This document shows positions 1 through 14,350 of a stretch of 64,000 nucleotides of DNA, one piece after another. How positions within the stretch are numbered: position 1 is the first letter of the stretch; every line of letters starts with the position of its first letter. The notes below the pieces were generated by a model. It worked only from the letters and a program-made list of their open reading frames with translations, did no database searches and had not been told where the DNA came from. Position numbers and translations under genes: made by a program. The DNA comes from the human T2T-CHM13v2.0 reference genome, Homo sapiens. The stretch is from NCBI RefSeq assembly GCF_009914755.1, contig NC_060925.1. One strand, 5' to 3'.

Positions 1-1049
1 TGGTAAATGGAAATGTCCAGAAGATAGAACAAGAGGCTTACCCTGCACAGAGCAGGTGGAGTACTAACTAGTCCAAGTTCACTTGTGAGCAGATTCCTGG
101 GAGATCCCTAAATCCTATTATTCCCAATGGAAAACCCAAGTACACCTTAACCTATTTAGACATTGCAAGTGACATGCATGACTACTCTGGGATCTTTAGG
201 AGAACAGATCAGAGATTTAAAAAATTCACCCAGGAAATTACAGAAGTATTATTCACTATTACAGCCTCCTGGAATTTTTTTTTAAATGACAGCTTCATTG
301 AGATATAATTCACACATCATACAATTCACACATTTAAAGTGTACAAATCAATGTTTTTTGTATATTCACAAATATATGCAACCATCACTACAGTCAATTT
401 GAGAACGTTTTTATCACTTCAAAAAGAAACCTCATGCCCTTTAGCTGTCACCCACTATCCTGCACCCTCCAGCCCTAAGCAACCACTAATCTACCTCAGA
501 TCTATATAGATTTGCCTACTTTAACCATTTCATATAAATGGAATCATGTAATGTGGTCTTTCGTGACCGGGTTCTTTCATAATGTTTTCAAGGTTCATAA
601 TGGATGAACCTTATTTTCAAGGTTTATAATGGTGTCATTATGGCTGAACCTTGAAATCATTATGACAAGTGAAAGAAGCTAGTCACAAAAGACCGTGGTA
701 GCAAGGTTCATTCATGCTACCATGTTGTAGCATCTATCAGTGCTTCATTTTTTTTCATTCCTTTTTATGGTCAAATAGTATTCCATTGTATAGATATAAC
801 ACATTTCATTTATCTTTGGCTACTATGAATGATACTGTTATAAACATTCATGTACAAGTTTTTGTGTGGATATATGCTTTCATTCCTCTTGGGTATATAC
901 CTAGGAGTGGAATTGCTGGTCATATGGTAACTCAGTGTTTACATGTTTGAGGTGCTGATAAATCATTTTCTAAAGTGGCTGCCATGTCTTACATTCCTAA
1001 TTACCAGTGTATGGGAGTTCTCATTCCTCCACCTTTTCACCAATACTTA

Positions 1050-1401
1050 CAGTAGTTCCTTATCTGTAGTTTTGATTTTCTGTTGTTTCAGTTACTTATG
1101 GTCAACACGGTCCAAAAATATTAAATAAAAAATTTCCAGAAACAAATCAGTCAGAAATTGTTAAGTGCACTTTGCGTAGTGTGATGAAGTCTTGTGTCAT
1201 CCACTCTCTGTCCAGCCGAGGTCATGAGTCACCCTTTTGTCCAGTGTATCGATGCTGCATATGCTACCCGCTCTTTAGTCACTTAGTAGCTGTCTTGGTT
1301 ATCAGATCAACTGCCACAGTATTGCAGTGCTTGTGTCTGAGTAACCCTAATTTTACTTTTGCGCTTTGGGGCCTAAAAATGCAGATAAAGGGAAACTACT
1401 G
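1050..1401. mobile_element. MER44/Tigger7-type DNA transposon fossil
   Basis: Terminal inverted repeats cagtagttccttatctg ... cagataaagggaaactactg, with TA on both sides, inserted in the L1. Confidence 0.8.
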
Positions 1402-1776
1402 TATTTTCCATTTTAAGATTATAGCCATCCAAGTGAGTGTGAAGTAGTATCTCATTGTGGGGTTTTGATTTACATCTCCCTGAGGATTAATGATATTGAC
1501 AGTCTTTTCATGTGTTATTGGCCTCTTGTATATCTTCTTTGAGAAATGTCTGCTTAAACGCTTTGTCCATTTTTAAATTGAATTATTTATTGAGTTATAA
1601 TTGTCCAATAATTTATTGTCCCTTATCAGATATATGAGTTGCACATACTTTCTCCCATTGTGAAGGTTGTCTTTTCACTTTCTTGACAGTATCCCCTTTC
1701 AAGCACAAACTTTTTTACATTCTGATGAAGTCTAATTTATTTATTTTTTCTTTGGTTGCTTGTGCTTAGATGCTGA

Positions 1777-2134
<358 letters not shown>

Positions 2135-4657
2135 TATCCATATGTTGTCTTCTAACAGTTTTATAGTTTCAGCCCTTACATTTCAGTCTTTGATCCATGT
2201 AGAGGCAGTTCCCTTCTACTCCTAGTTTGTTACTTTTTTTTTTTAATCATAAAAGGGTGCTAAATTTTGGCAAATTCTTTTTCTGTGTTTACTGAAATAA
2301 TCATGTGGTTTTTGTCCTTTATTCTATTAATATGTTGTATTACATTGATTGATTTTCTTATGTTAAGCCAACCTTTCATCATTCAGGATAAATCCCACTT
2401 CGTCATGAGGTATAATCCTTTCCACATGTTGCTGGATTTGGTTTGCTAGTATTTTGTCAAAGATTTTTGGGTCTAAATCCATAAAGGTTATGGGTTTTTA
2501 GCTTTCTTTTCTTGTAATGTTTTCATTTGGTTTTGGTATCAGGGTAATACTGGCCTCATAAAATGAGTTGAAAAGTGTTCCCACCTTCTTATTTTTTGGA
2601 AGAGTTTGTGAAAGATTTATGACAATTCTTCATTAAACATTCAGTAGAATTTACCAGTGAAGCCACTTGATCTTGTTTTTTGTTTGTTTGTTTTTTGGTT
2701 GGAATATATTACAGGTCTATTCAGATTTTCTATTTCTTCTTGAGTCAGTTTTGGTAGTTCGTGTCTTTCTAGGAATTTGTTCATATCATCTACATTATCT
2801 AATTTTTGGCATACAATTGTTCATAGCATTATCCACTAATCCTTTTAATTTCTGTAAGGTTGGTAGTAATGTCCTTTCTTTTATTCCTGTTGGGTAGAGT
2901 GTGCTGTAGATGTCTGTTAGGTCTAGGTGGTTTATAGTGTTCAACTCTTCTATTTCCTTTGTGATCTTCTGCTTAGTTTTTTATTATTGAAAGTGGGGTA
3001 TTGACATCCCTTACTATTTTGCTGAATTGTCTATTTCTCCCTTCAATTCTATCTTTCTGCACTTCACAGATTTTGGTGCTCTGTTATTAGATGTGTGTTT
3101 ATAATTGCCATATCTTTTTGATGAACTCACTATCTTATCATTGTAAAATGCCCTTCTTTGTCTTGAGTAACAATTTTTATTTTAAAGTCTATTTTGTCTG
3201 ATATAACATAGACTCTCCAGCTTTCTTTTGGTACTGTTTGCATGGTGTATATATTTCCATCCTTTTGGTTTCAACCTATTCATATCTTTAAATCTAAAGT
3301 GTGGTATCTTGTAAAAAGCATATAGATACAAGATAGATATCTTGTAAAAAGCAAAAAGATATAGATTTTTGGCGGGGTTGTTTGTTTTGTTCTAATCCAT
3401 TCTGCCATTCTCTAACTTTTAATTGAAGTATTTAATACATTGACATTTAATGTAATTGTTGATAGGGCAGGACTCATGCTACTTATTTTCTATATGTCTC
3501 ATATCTTTTCTGTTCCTCTATTCCTCCATTACTGCCTTTCTTTGTGTTAAATGGATATTTTCTACCCTTTTGAATTCCTTTGTTATTTCTTTTACTGTAT
3601 TTTTAAGTTTCTTTAGGGAATAGTTTAAAGAATGGGCAATCCTGAATTTGGGTAAATAATTCAGAGTCAAAAATGAGGGCAGTAGTATTCATGCATCAGG
3701 AATGTCTAACAAACCCAAATACATGAGTTCTTGCACCTAATATACAACCTTGCTTGAAGGAGGTACTCAATAAGAGTTTATTTAACAAATATCCAAAATA
3801 CATATTTATTCCTAAAAGGGGTAGCTATGTATGTTGATGGTAAGACACAGTATTATTAGGCCTGAACTTAAAATGGGGAATGGCCAGGTGAAATTGGGAT
3901 GGGCTTTCTTATTAAACTTGAGGGGCAGTTAGCCTTCCTTGGCTAGCACTTTCCCTTTCTTTCATCTACCTGAAAAGTAAAACTGCTCCTTTAATATCCT
4001 ATACTTTCCTTCCTACAGATAGGGCCATTATTCCTTCTATCTTAAATGTTTTTAGAGCAGAGCTTAAAGGTTTTATCTTTGCTGCTTATGTATGAAGGCT
4101 TGCTTATGATACTGGATGTTGTCAAGGGTGCTTATGACTCAGAGCAATACTTCCTGATGCCCAGTAGTCAGCTTCCAAGAGTTGATCTGCTGGATCATAT
4201 CAAAGGCCCTCATGGGACTAGAGGATCCGTGAATTGGAGACAAGGTTATATTCACAAGTTTGTTCTTCCTACTTCTTCAGAGAACCACCCTTCACTGCTT
4301 GTCATGAGAGATGAGATGTTATGAAGGTAGGAAGTGGGCTGAAGTTCATATAAATGAAAGTGTATTCCCACCCTTCTCATGTTGTATACATACCCAAAGG
4401 ATGTTAACCATGGGCTGGGATAAGCACAGCACATATTCGTGAAGAGTCAATGTTATTCAAATATTTGGAAAACAACCCTCATTTTTCTCTTATAACAAAC
4501 ACACATGTATTATGGAAGAGAACGTAAATGTCTTGTGAATGTTTCAGATAAGTCTTGAGACTTAAAAATAAAAAAGATTATGATTGTGACAGGTTGCTTT
4601 GGTCATGCCACAGAACCCTTGAGGCACACACGTTCACTCTCCTTAGTTGTTGGGGGT

Positions 4658-5018
4658 TGTATGACTTTGCTAGGGCTGCCATAACAAAGTACCCTAGACT
4701 GGGTGGCTTAAACAACATAAGTTTATTTCTGTTGCTGTCAGACGGGTTGGTGATTGCAGGGTTATTTTTTTCTGAGGGTCTCTCGCTTCAGCTTCTCTTT
4801 ATTTTTTCACATGGCCCTTTTCTATGTGTATGTCTGTGTCCTAATGTCCTCTCCTTATAAGGACACCAATCATATTGGATTAAAGCCCACCCATCTGACC
4901 TCATTTTGCCTTAATTACCTCTTTAAAGGCCCTATGTCCAAGAAGAGTTACATTCCGAGGTACTGGGTGTTAGGACTTCAACATATAAATTCTGCGGGAA
5001 ACAATTCAGTGCATAACA
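4658..5018 (-). mobile_element. MLT1 (A/B-like) MaLR solo LTR
   Basis: gctagggctgccataacaaagtac...gggtggcttaaacaaca start; TG...CA termini. Confidence 0.8.
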
Positions 5019-5745
5019 GGGACACTGAGGTGGAAGAGTTGAGAATAAATAGTAATCACCTTTCAGCTAATCTTGAGATTCTGAATGTATAGTATATATC
5101 ATGAGATCAGTACATTTTCCTTGGATCCTTCAGGTCATATGTCTCTATCTCTTTTCTATGTTATCCCCAGGGCTTGCCCCAAGGGAGACCTCAGCTTGTA
5201 GATGGAGGGAGGTCTTGCTAGCAGTTACCAGAATAAGAGAAACTGCCATGGTAATTAACAACCTGCTGCTGTGGGAATCCAAATAGAGTCAGAGCAATGT
5301 GTTTACAATGCTTGGAGACATAATAGTGAGATCATGTAAGTAATTTCCTTAAAATAAGAACAAAAGACAAAAGTTTAGAGAAACTGTGATAATGGCCAAA
5401 GCTTAGCCCAGATGATTTTATTCAGGTGTTACTGTAATAACTTATTTTCTCTAAACATCCTAAGACATAGAGAGTAACTAGAAGCTAGTTTAATGTCTAA
5501 ATCCTTATTTTATAAGACTATAACTTGTAGAAAAACTAGATCTCCAAACAGCATCTGTATCTATAATAACTTATACATGTTCACTAGGGAAACACTGATG
5601 GAAATTTAACACACTCTATTATGCTGATGTGTTCATATCAACAAAGATAGTCATCAGCATCCAAGACAGGATCTACTTAAAAAGCTAAAAAGGCAATAGG
5701 TTAAAACTTCTGTTAGTTTCTACATTCATTATAAATGTACCTTAC

Positions 5746-5969
5746 CTAATGGTCAGTTTCACAGGCTCAGGTGACCCATTGACATTGACCAGGAACTCTT
5801 CTTCAAAGTTTCCCAGGATGGTAGAGCTGAAGGAGATCTGGATAGCTTGGACTCCACTTGGTTCAATGATGCCTTCCTTGGGACTGAAAACAAAGCAGGC
5901 CCCCAAAGCTGAAGTTGGAGGGGTCATGTTGAAGAGAGCATCGATGCTGTCTTTGTTGTACAGTATCGC
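5746..5969 (-). CDS. HYDIN: HYDIN coding exon, about exon 12: AILYNKDSIDALFNMTPPTSALGACFVFSPKEGIIEPSGVQAIQISFSSTILGNFEEEFLVNVNGSPEPVKLTI(R); ASH/Ig-like repeat
   Basis: Acceptor ttgatatag|GCG, donor TAG|gtaagg, 224 nt, phase 0 to 2. ORF track 5742..5927 covers most of it. Confidence 0.95.
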
Positions 5970-7674
5970 CTATATCAATAAAAGGCAAGAATGTGAAGGT
6001 CAATGGGCCTCTGACCTATTTTCATATAAGCATGTGTCTGTACTGTTTAACAGCAACAAAGGGAAAGTTGCAGAATTAGAACCAAAGAAGAACACTCAGG
6101 GACAAATGAACAGTCTGATGCCTTGAGTGTTTGAAGATAGAACTCCCAAGCCAGAAAGTAATTTTATATTTTTAGTCTCCTCTTTAACATGAAATTAGTC
6201 ATATATATTATGCTCGTGCTATAAAGACTGATCATAATCACATATACTGATGAAGAGCCTTAAAATACTCCCTTTTTTGCTACTCTCTATAAAGTAACCA
6301 AGGGAAAGTAAGTATTTCTCTTATACGCATGAGAAGGCTGAGGTTAAGCAGCATACTTAAAAATAAAAAGCAAGTTAGAATAGCAGAGTGAGAATTACCT
6401 AAACCTATGTTTATAATGTAGCTTGAAGAATGTAAATGAGACATCACTGTGGATCCCAGATGACAAGGGTTCTCTTTGTTGTGCTATCAGATTTCATCCT
6501 ATTGAGATATTTTCATCTCAGATTCTACTGGATGGATGATTGTTTTGAGATTCTTATGCAAGCAACTGTTTTACTATAGAAAAGTTGTACTCCTATATTC
6601 TAGTGTTGTGGAAGCATGTTATTGCCCATATGTGGTTGCACACTGGGTTTAGTGTGTGCATGTAAAGAGCTCATGCCTGAGCTCCTTCATGCACACTCGT
6701 GACATTAGGCGTCCTATAAGGCAGGCCTCAGTCTACTGTCCCTACAATTCTTGTGCATGAACCTTCACTACAGCCATGTTGTTCTATCCTGGCTTCCAAA
6801 GACACCACCTCTGATCCTTGCCAATGCTGTCCTTACACCTAGAGGGTGAACAGCATGTTTTCCTGATTTATATAGGAACCACCCTCAACCTACACATAAG
6901 GCTTTGGAGGACAAAGAGCATGAGAGATCTCAAAGAAACTTTCAGAAGGTTAGCAGGCAAATGTGACGTGTGTCAGGAACGCGGAAGCTGAGGGAGGAGG
7001 ATTCCCGGAAGAAGTCAGATGCAGACAGAGGTCAGGAGAGTAAGTTTGGAGCAAAGGTTACAGACATTATTTTTAGTTAGAGATTATTGTCATCCCTGAC
7101 CTTGAGGAAGAGAGTAATTCTAGTGGGGCATGACTGCAGAATCCAGAGGACAAATATTTAGGGAATTGAGTGGGTGTACAGGAAATAGTGGCTATTTTAG
7201 ATTCCTGTTTTGAGAAGATGAGTGGTGAAAGGTGAGAATGGGAGTGGCAAGACTGTGGGGAGGTACTGTGGAGGAGACAGCATATTTATAATAAATGAGA
7301 TAATGCATATTCAGTGCTCAGCCTAGAGGAAACACTCACCCAAGTGCTGCCTGTTGTTGTTGTAAGAGAAGAGAGCTTGGTAACTAAGGGAATGGGGTCT
7401 GAGTGGAGGCAGAGGAGGATGAGTTCAGGGGCTCAGGTTGCAGGGAAGAGGGCATCCAGAATATATGATGGAGAGAAAGAGTCGGCAGCAGAGGCAGAGC
7501 AGAGGAAGACAGCCTCTTCTGCCAAGAGAAGACGGACAATGCACCAAAATAGAAGCATAAATAATTGCTGCTTGCTATTTTATTCATCTTTTTATGTTTC
7601 TTTCGCATCTCCCTCATTCTAAGGTCCCTGGTAGCAGGAACCAGGCTTCACCCTTCATTGCGTTTAAAGAGACC

Positions 7675-7900
7675 ATGTAGAAAAGTGATTATGGCCAGCG
7701 ACTCTGAAGCCAAACTGCCTGGGTTCAAATCTCAGCTTTGCCATTGACTTACTAGCTCTGTAACCTTGGACAATCTACTTAGTTTCTCTGTGCTCCAGTT
7801 TCCCCATGTGTAAAATGTAAGTACTACTAACTTCTCATATTGCTGTAAAATTAAATTTATTAATTTATGTAATTTTTAGAATAGTGCTTGGCAAATAGTG
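7675..7900 (+). mobile_element. MIR SINE
   Basis: Core ctgggttcaaatctcagct...ccttggacaa...tctctgtgctccagtttcccc. Confidence 0.75.
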
Positions 7901-7930
7901 CTTAAAAATGACAGAGACTGTTGTTATGTT

Positions 7931-8248
7931 TTCGTTTGTTTGTTTGTTTTTTGTTTTTTAAGAGACAGGATCTGGCTCTGTTGTCCAGGCTGGAGTGCAG
8001 TGGCGCCATCATAGCTCACTGTACCCTTGAACTCCTAAGCTCAAGTGATCGTCCTGCCTCTGCCTTCTGAGTAGCTGGGGCTATAGGTATGTGCCACCAC
8101 ACCCAACTAATTTTTGTGGGTTTTTTTTTGTAGAGATGGGGTCTTTCTGTATTGCCCAGGCTGGTCTTGAACTCCTGGGCTCAAGTGATCCTTCCACCTC
8201 AGCCTCCCAAAGCACTGGAATTACAGACATGAGCCACCACACGTAGTC
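7931..8248 (-). mobile_element. AluJ
   Basis: atcatagctcactg and cctgggctcaagtgatcc, typical of J subfamilies. Confidence 0.9.
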
Positions 8249-9986
8249 AGTGACTGCTATTTATATCCCCAGTGCCTAATAGAATGGGTTTAAATTTTAC
8301 CTGTGCTTAAGAAGTGACTAGTACGTACTAGTGGTAACATGAAGGCAAATTGAAGGCATTAGTGGTAACTTGGAGGACCCTGTTCTTCTCTTTCAGAAGA
8401 TGCATGGATTGCCTTTTAGTTTTTTTGGTTAGCAGAAATGTTTTGCCCATATTTTCTGTATGGTGAGAATTCCTCCATTTTTAAGAATATGACATCATTC
8501 TTCTCCTCCTGAGAAATAAGCACCTACTTACGAATACAGAAACCAGCAATAGTTTTGGGACACAATTCAGAGGCCTTTTGATTACCGATAATACTCTTTC
8601 CCTTGAGGTCTAGCTCCTTGGAGAGAAGAAAATTTATAATCAAACTTTGCCTCTCATTTGTTTTCCTTCTTAATTACACTGGGGAATAGGGTATACTCTT
8701 GGGGTTAATGGTTTATTCTTTATGTATCTGCTATGTTCAGCAATGACTAAGGGCAATAGCTAGTTATTCAAATTTGTCTCAAGTAGGTAATGCAATAAAT
8801 TGAAAGAGAGATGCAATGAAGCATCAGCATTAAATACGCAGACAGTGCAAAATATTCCCATAAGAAGCACCTTACCGTGTCCTTCTCTGCCACTGCACAG
8901 CTCTCCAAACTGTCCAATCTGATGCATCACCTCATTGAACACTTATTTAACTGGCTGTGGTTTGCTTTACTATTAAAATTAGGGAGGGTGGGAAGTGGTG
9001 GCCTCAAGTACACTTCTGCTAAATTTACATTCAGGGAAACCCTATCCATTTTGCATCAGAACTAAAGCTTCTTTTCTGATGTGGCACTCATAAGTTCAGT
9101 CTGTAAGATACAGGAAATTCACACTGGATGAATTACAGACAGAATATCAGTTTAATGAGAACTACTGGACTTTTTTTCCTTCTCCCCAAGTGACCTCTCA
9201 AATGCAATCCAGGACAGTGTGGGATATAGCTGTGTCACTTGTCATTTCACGACAGCCATGCGACTGACTTCTTCATTTACACAGGGTTCCTATGCATAGT
9301 CCATCTCACTGTGACATTACCATCTCTGTTTACCTTCTGCATCATCCCATTTAGGCCACAGTTACTTTGTGAATGTGGGGGATGCAGGGTACTGTCCCCA
9401 CACCAGGTTAGGCTGGGCTAAGAGCCAAGTGGTTTGGAGGCTGGGTTTACCCGAGGTGAGAGGTTGGGATGCTGAGAACCTGAAGGGTTGAGAGGCCAGC
9501 AAAGGCCTTCTTTTCCCAGAACAGGAGAGAGAGCCCTAGTCCCCCAGGACTCACTAACATTACATGCTGCAGGACCCTGCCAAGTTACTTAACTACCCTG
9601 GCATTCAGGTTTGCCGTTCCTTGAATGCACTTCCTCTTTTACTGTGCATACAGCTAATGGAATATGAATGTAAGTGAAATGTGCTACCATCTATAAAAAT
9701 ATCATATACGTTCCCCCATGCCCTTTCCCCTTCCACAATCTTGTAGACCACGTGGTAGGGGTGGCCAAGCATGAGACATTCCAGCTTCTCTGCTGGAAGA
9801 GAGCACCTGCTCACTAGAAACCTTTGTTTTGGACTTTATGTAAGGTGTAAAAGAAACTTCTAGCATATTTGAGACATTATGTATTTTTGTATTTGTTTGT
9901 TACAATATCTAGCACTACCTTAACTTCTCTAAGACTCAGTTTACCCAGCTATGAAATGGAAATAGTTAATCGTACCTCACAAATAG

Positions 9987-10325
<339 letters not shown>

Positions 10326-10478
10326 TAAATGAACGAGTGAAGGTCAAAGCACTAGCACTGTGCTCAACACACATTAAGGGAGATGTGTATGATATTAACT
10401 ACTACACGATCCACATTTCTCATATGCAAAATAGATGTAATAAAGCCTAACTTTCACAATTTGGTAAGGATTAGAAAT

Positions 10479-10513
10479 CACACACACACACACACACATA
10501 GACATGCACACAC
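10479..10513. repeat. (CA)n microsatellite
   Basis: Read directly from the sequence. Confidence 0.9.
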
Positions 10514-11262
10514 AATAAAGTATGAATCTGAATCTGGCACCTATTTGTCACTCATTAAATAATTGTTTAAAATACCTCTATAAAAATACAAACATATACA
10601 ATGAAGGAACTTTCCCAAAATGAAGTTTCAAGGGTTATAGTCTGACGTAATGTAAAAAATGTGCCCTAGATACAAATTTAGTGATGGGGAGACACTGAAG
10701 TAACACTGATCCTGAATAACTCATGCATACATCCTGTAAAATTTCATTTTCTAATTAATTGGAAAGATGAAGCAGGAAAGTCTCTTCCAGAAACTGATTG
10801 GTTTTTAAAACATGGATTGGAGACTAGTGCATTAAGAGAAAATTCTGAAATGTGAAAACAGCTATGCTCATTAGGACGTTCTAGAAAATGTAAAAGGTTA
10901 TCTATCCTCTGATCTGTGGAATTTATGTTGTCAGAGAACAAGCACTAAACAGATGGGGAGATGTATTTATGAGTTTTCCCTTTGCAATCTACAAAACAAT
11001 GAGGATAAAACCAGTGAAACTATGGCTTTGATGCTTTTTAGCTTTCACTAAAGTGAAGGAGGGCTAATGAAGATAAAAAAGTTGTTCCCCTCATGATGGC
11101 CAGGCAGGAGGAGGAAGAATCTGAGCACTCCAGGGTCTCAACAAGGATGAGTAACGGCGAATAAATGTGATTGCATACTCTTTCCATCAAATAAAAACAT
11201 ATAAAACAAACCCCAAAAGCCAAGTACTGTTTGAAGTATCAATGAACAACTCTAGTGCTTAC

Positions 11263-11381
11263 CTCATAACAATGTGCAGATCCAGTGAAAACTTTCCCAA
11301 TATCCAGCAATTCAAAGTTGAAGTGAATCTTAGGTCCCATGCCTTCCCCTTTGATTCGGAGGGGCAGACGGATTTCTCGGC
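11263..11381 (-). CDS. HYDIN: HYDIN coding exon, about exon 11: (G)REIRLPLRIKGEGMGPKIHFNFELLDIGKVFTGSAHCYE
   Basis: Translated by hand. Acceptor tttttctag|GC, donor GAG|gtaagc, 119 nt, phase 1 to 0. Confidence 0.93.
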
Positions 11382-11546
11382 CTAGAAAAACAGTTCAGAC
11401 TTTATCATCCAAATGGTGCTTCATTTACCCCAAATCATGTTCCCTCATGTACGTTACCAATATAAATAATCAAAATTATTAAATAGCTCCCTGCATTGCA
11501 CCGAGGGAACTGCAATTTAACTAACGCTGAAGATTCATCCTATATG

Positions 11547-12760
11547 GGAGCCAATCATAATCCTGAATGCCAAAATCCTGACTGCCGAAATTGTGAAAGA
11601 CCAAAATCCCAAAGATATAATTCTGGAAAAACAAAAGACATTCTTTACAATATATTTATTTACATTTTAAAGAGGGATTTACTTGAGAAACATATAAAAA
11701 CACAACAGAACACTTCAAAGGCCACTTTATGCAATAAAATAGGCAATAATAGAATGCATATTTTTGCAAGCATAAACACAGGTAGACTAACAACAGTCAC
11801 ATGGGTATAATAGTTATGAGCATACAAGCTGTATTTATAAAGGAATAGGTGAAAAAGGGCAAAGTACAAATGCATGTCATTATGGTTGGTAACTGCAGAC
11901 ACCCAGCTTTATAACTGTGATCACCTGAAATACCATATGAACAACTTAAGTCTTTTGAGAAGATAGATCAAAAACCATGATGGGTCACCCCCACTTAGGC
12001 AGTTTCCCAAAGAGCTGAGATCTCCAGAAATTTTATCTCTCACAAATTCAGATCTACAAAAAGACTATCTCTTCATGTATTGAGGAAGTGTCGGCATTTT
12101 TACGTACACACACAATGCTTACGCACAAAGGCAACGTCGTGATAATGCACTTGCATGGAGTCAAATTTCTATGTCTAAGGCAGCAGAGGAAAAGTCTGTC
12201 CCAGCTCTCAGAGACAAACCAATGTGCCTTCTGTATTTGTTCTCTCCCAAGTCCCTGGCTGGTTGGATGGGGCCTGTCAGCATTGAGGGCAGATTTTCCC
12301 CATCAAGTCCACTCAGACTTACACACAAATCTCCTCTGGAAACACTCACAGATATACCCAAAATTATGCTTTACCAGGTTTCCACCAGTTTTTACTGGTC
12401 AAGTTGACATCTAAAATGAAGTCCACAAGCCCATCCCTTGTCAACCTGGCACCCATGTGTTAAACCATACTAAATTTCCCAGTAAAGACAAGGTAATAGT
12501 TCCACCTAACATGGTACAATCAGCATAATGCAACTATCCTGTGTGCAGCTGAAAACACACTAATCGCTTCCCTAGACTTTGGTTTTCAGGATTTCAACAT
12601 TTGGGATTTTAATCTTTCAGGACTGTGATTTTTGGGATTTTAGACACCAGGGATGTTAGACTTTAGGGATTTTGATCCTTAGGGGTTTTGATCTTTCAGG
12701 AACTCAAGATTCGGGATTATGGCATTTTAAATTGTGTCTTTTGGTATTGTGATCCAAATG
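11547..12760. mobile_element. Ricksha-type (MuDR-like) non-autonomous DNA transposon carrying an MLT2/ERVL fragment (about 12170-12560)
   Basis: Left end has aatcc(c/t) subterminal repeats, right end has the inverted gggatt repeats. The internal segment ends gtcaagttgacatctaaaat...cccttgtcaac, like an MLT2 LTR/ERVL junction. Confidence 0.75.
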
Positions 12761-13189
12761 TTTTAAGAAAATAAGAATATTGCTAGTTTCTTATCTTTAG
12801 GGAGCAGACTGTATTGCAATTTACATTTTAGCAGGAAAAAAATTAAAAATTTTAACCCAATTCTTAACATTATTCCAAAGTTTCTTACAAAGAAAAGTAA
12901 TTCTAAATCAGAGAAGGGTGACCATTGATTGATGCTTCTCATAAAATGAGAGCCAACCTGGGGCTCCAAGGGACATTATTCACATTGATCTTCCTTAGAT
13001 TTAGGAAGATCCAGAATATTAGGGATCTGAGTCTAGGGATCTTACCCGATGCTTACTTTTGCTGAATTTCTTCCATGTAGAGATAATGAAATGCACTTAA
13101 CAATATCCGTTATAACAATTCTACAATGAACTCACGGTCAATACAGAGCACACAACCTTTGAAGTACTGACTGGTTTTGTTCCCCCTTT

Positions 13190-14350
13190 TTAAAATGAAA
13201 CTATCTTTGTTCGATAATACGTGATCATTACAAAATTTAAAGAGAATATGAATAAAATTATCTTATAATTGCATCATCCAAAGATAACTACTGTTAACAT
13301 TTTGGTGCCTATCCTTTTATATTTAATTGTATCACAATACTGCTAATGCAAATGGGAATGTATACTATGTTATTTTGCAACCTGCTTTTTTTCATTTAAT
13401 AATACCTTTGGAACATTTTAACATATCATTAACATATCATACCTAAAGATCTCCCTTATTCTTCTTAATGGTTATATGGTCCACTGTTGGGAGGCAAATA
13501 TGTTTAAAACTCTTATTGGACATTTAAGTGGCTTCCAACCTTTCATTACAATTTGTAGTGTAATTACTATCATCGAACATGTATCCGTGAACAATTTTTC
13601 CATATTTTCTTCCAGCACTTTGAAGATATTATAGCTTTCCACTGTTTCTGTTGAGAAGTCAGCTCATACTCTTATTGCTCAATTGAAACAATCTATCTTG
13701 TCTTCTGATAGATTTAATTTTTATGCACACATATTTATTTATTTTTGTCTTTAGCTTTCAGTGATTTTACTATAATGTTCCTAGGCATGGTTGCATTTAT
13801 CCTTTAAGGGGCTTGTAGCACTTATTGAATATGTGAATAATTGTCTTTCATCAATTCTGAAAAATTTTGAGTCATTATCTTTTCAAATATTGTTTCTTCT
13901 CCACTTTTCACCTCTCTGTCTTTTGTGTGTGTGTGTGTGTTCTTTTTCTATATTTTGTCTCTGCATGCTTCAGTATTTTCAGATATTTTATTTGATTTAT
14001 CTAATTTCCACTTTACAAAATCTCTCTGGCTATACCTAACAAGCGGTTAAATTCATCCACTGAGTTTTTAATTTGTTATTATAACTTCTTAGTTCTAGAC
14101 TTTTCATTAGAATGTTTCTAGTTTTCAGATCTCTGCTTAATTTTGATAAAAACATTTTTAAAATCTGTGTCTGATAATTCTATGATCTGGTTCTCCTGGG
14201 TTTGTTTCTATTGTTTACTCTGGTTTTCTATCAGATTGTCTTACCTCCTCATGTGCTTGGTCATTTTTTGATTGAGTGCTGATCAGTATATATAAAAGTT
14301 ATAGACATAATTTAAAGCCACAAGAAGATAACTCCCTCCGGCTTCTAGCT
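13190..14350 (-). mobile_element. Degenerate L1M fragments (3' UTR and ORF1-like)
   Basis: gataactactgttaacattttgg; ttttcttccagcactttgaagatatt...tctgttgagaagtcagct motifs. Confidence 0.6.

Noticed and set aside
5749-6126. 125-aa plus-strand ORF
   Set aside because: Antisense shadow of the HYDIN exon; no independent gene signals.
12580-12760. Regularly spaced gggattt motifs resembling a CRISPR-like array
   Set aside because: Short degenerate subterminal repeats of the Ricksha element; no unique spacers, and the context is eukaryotic.
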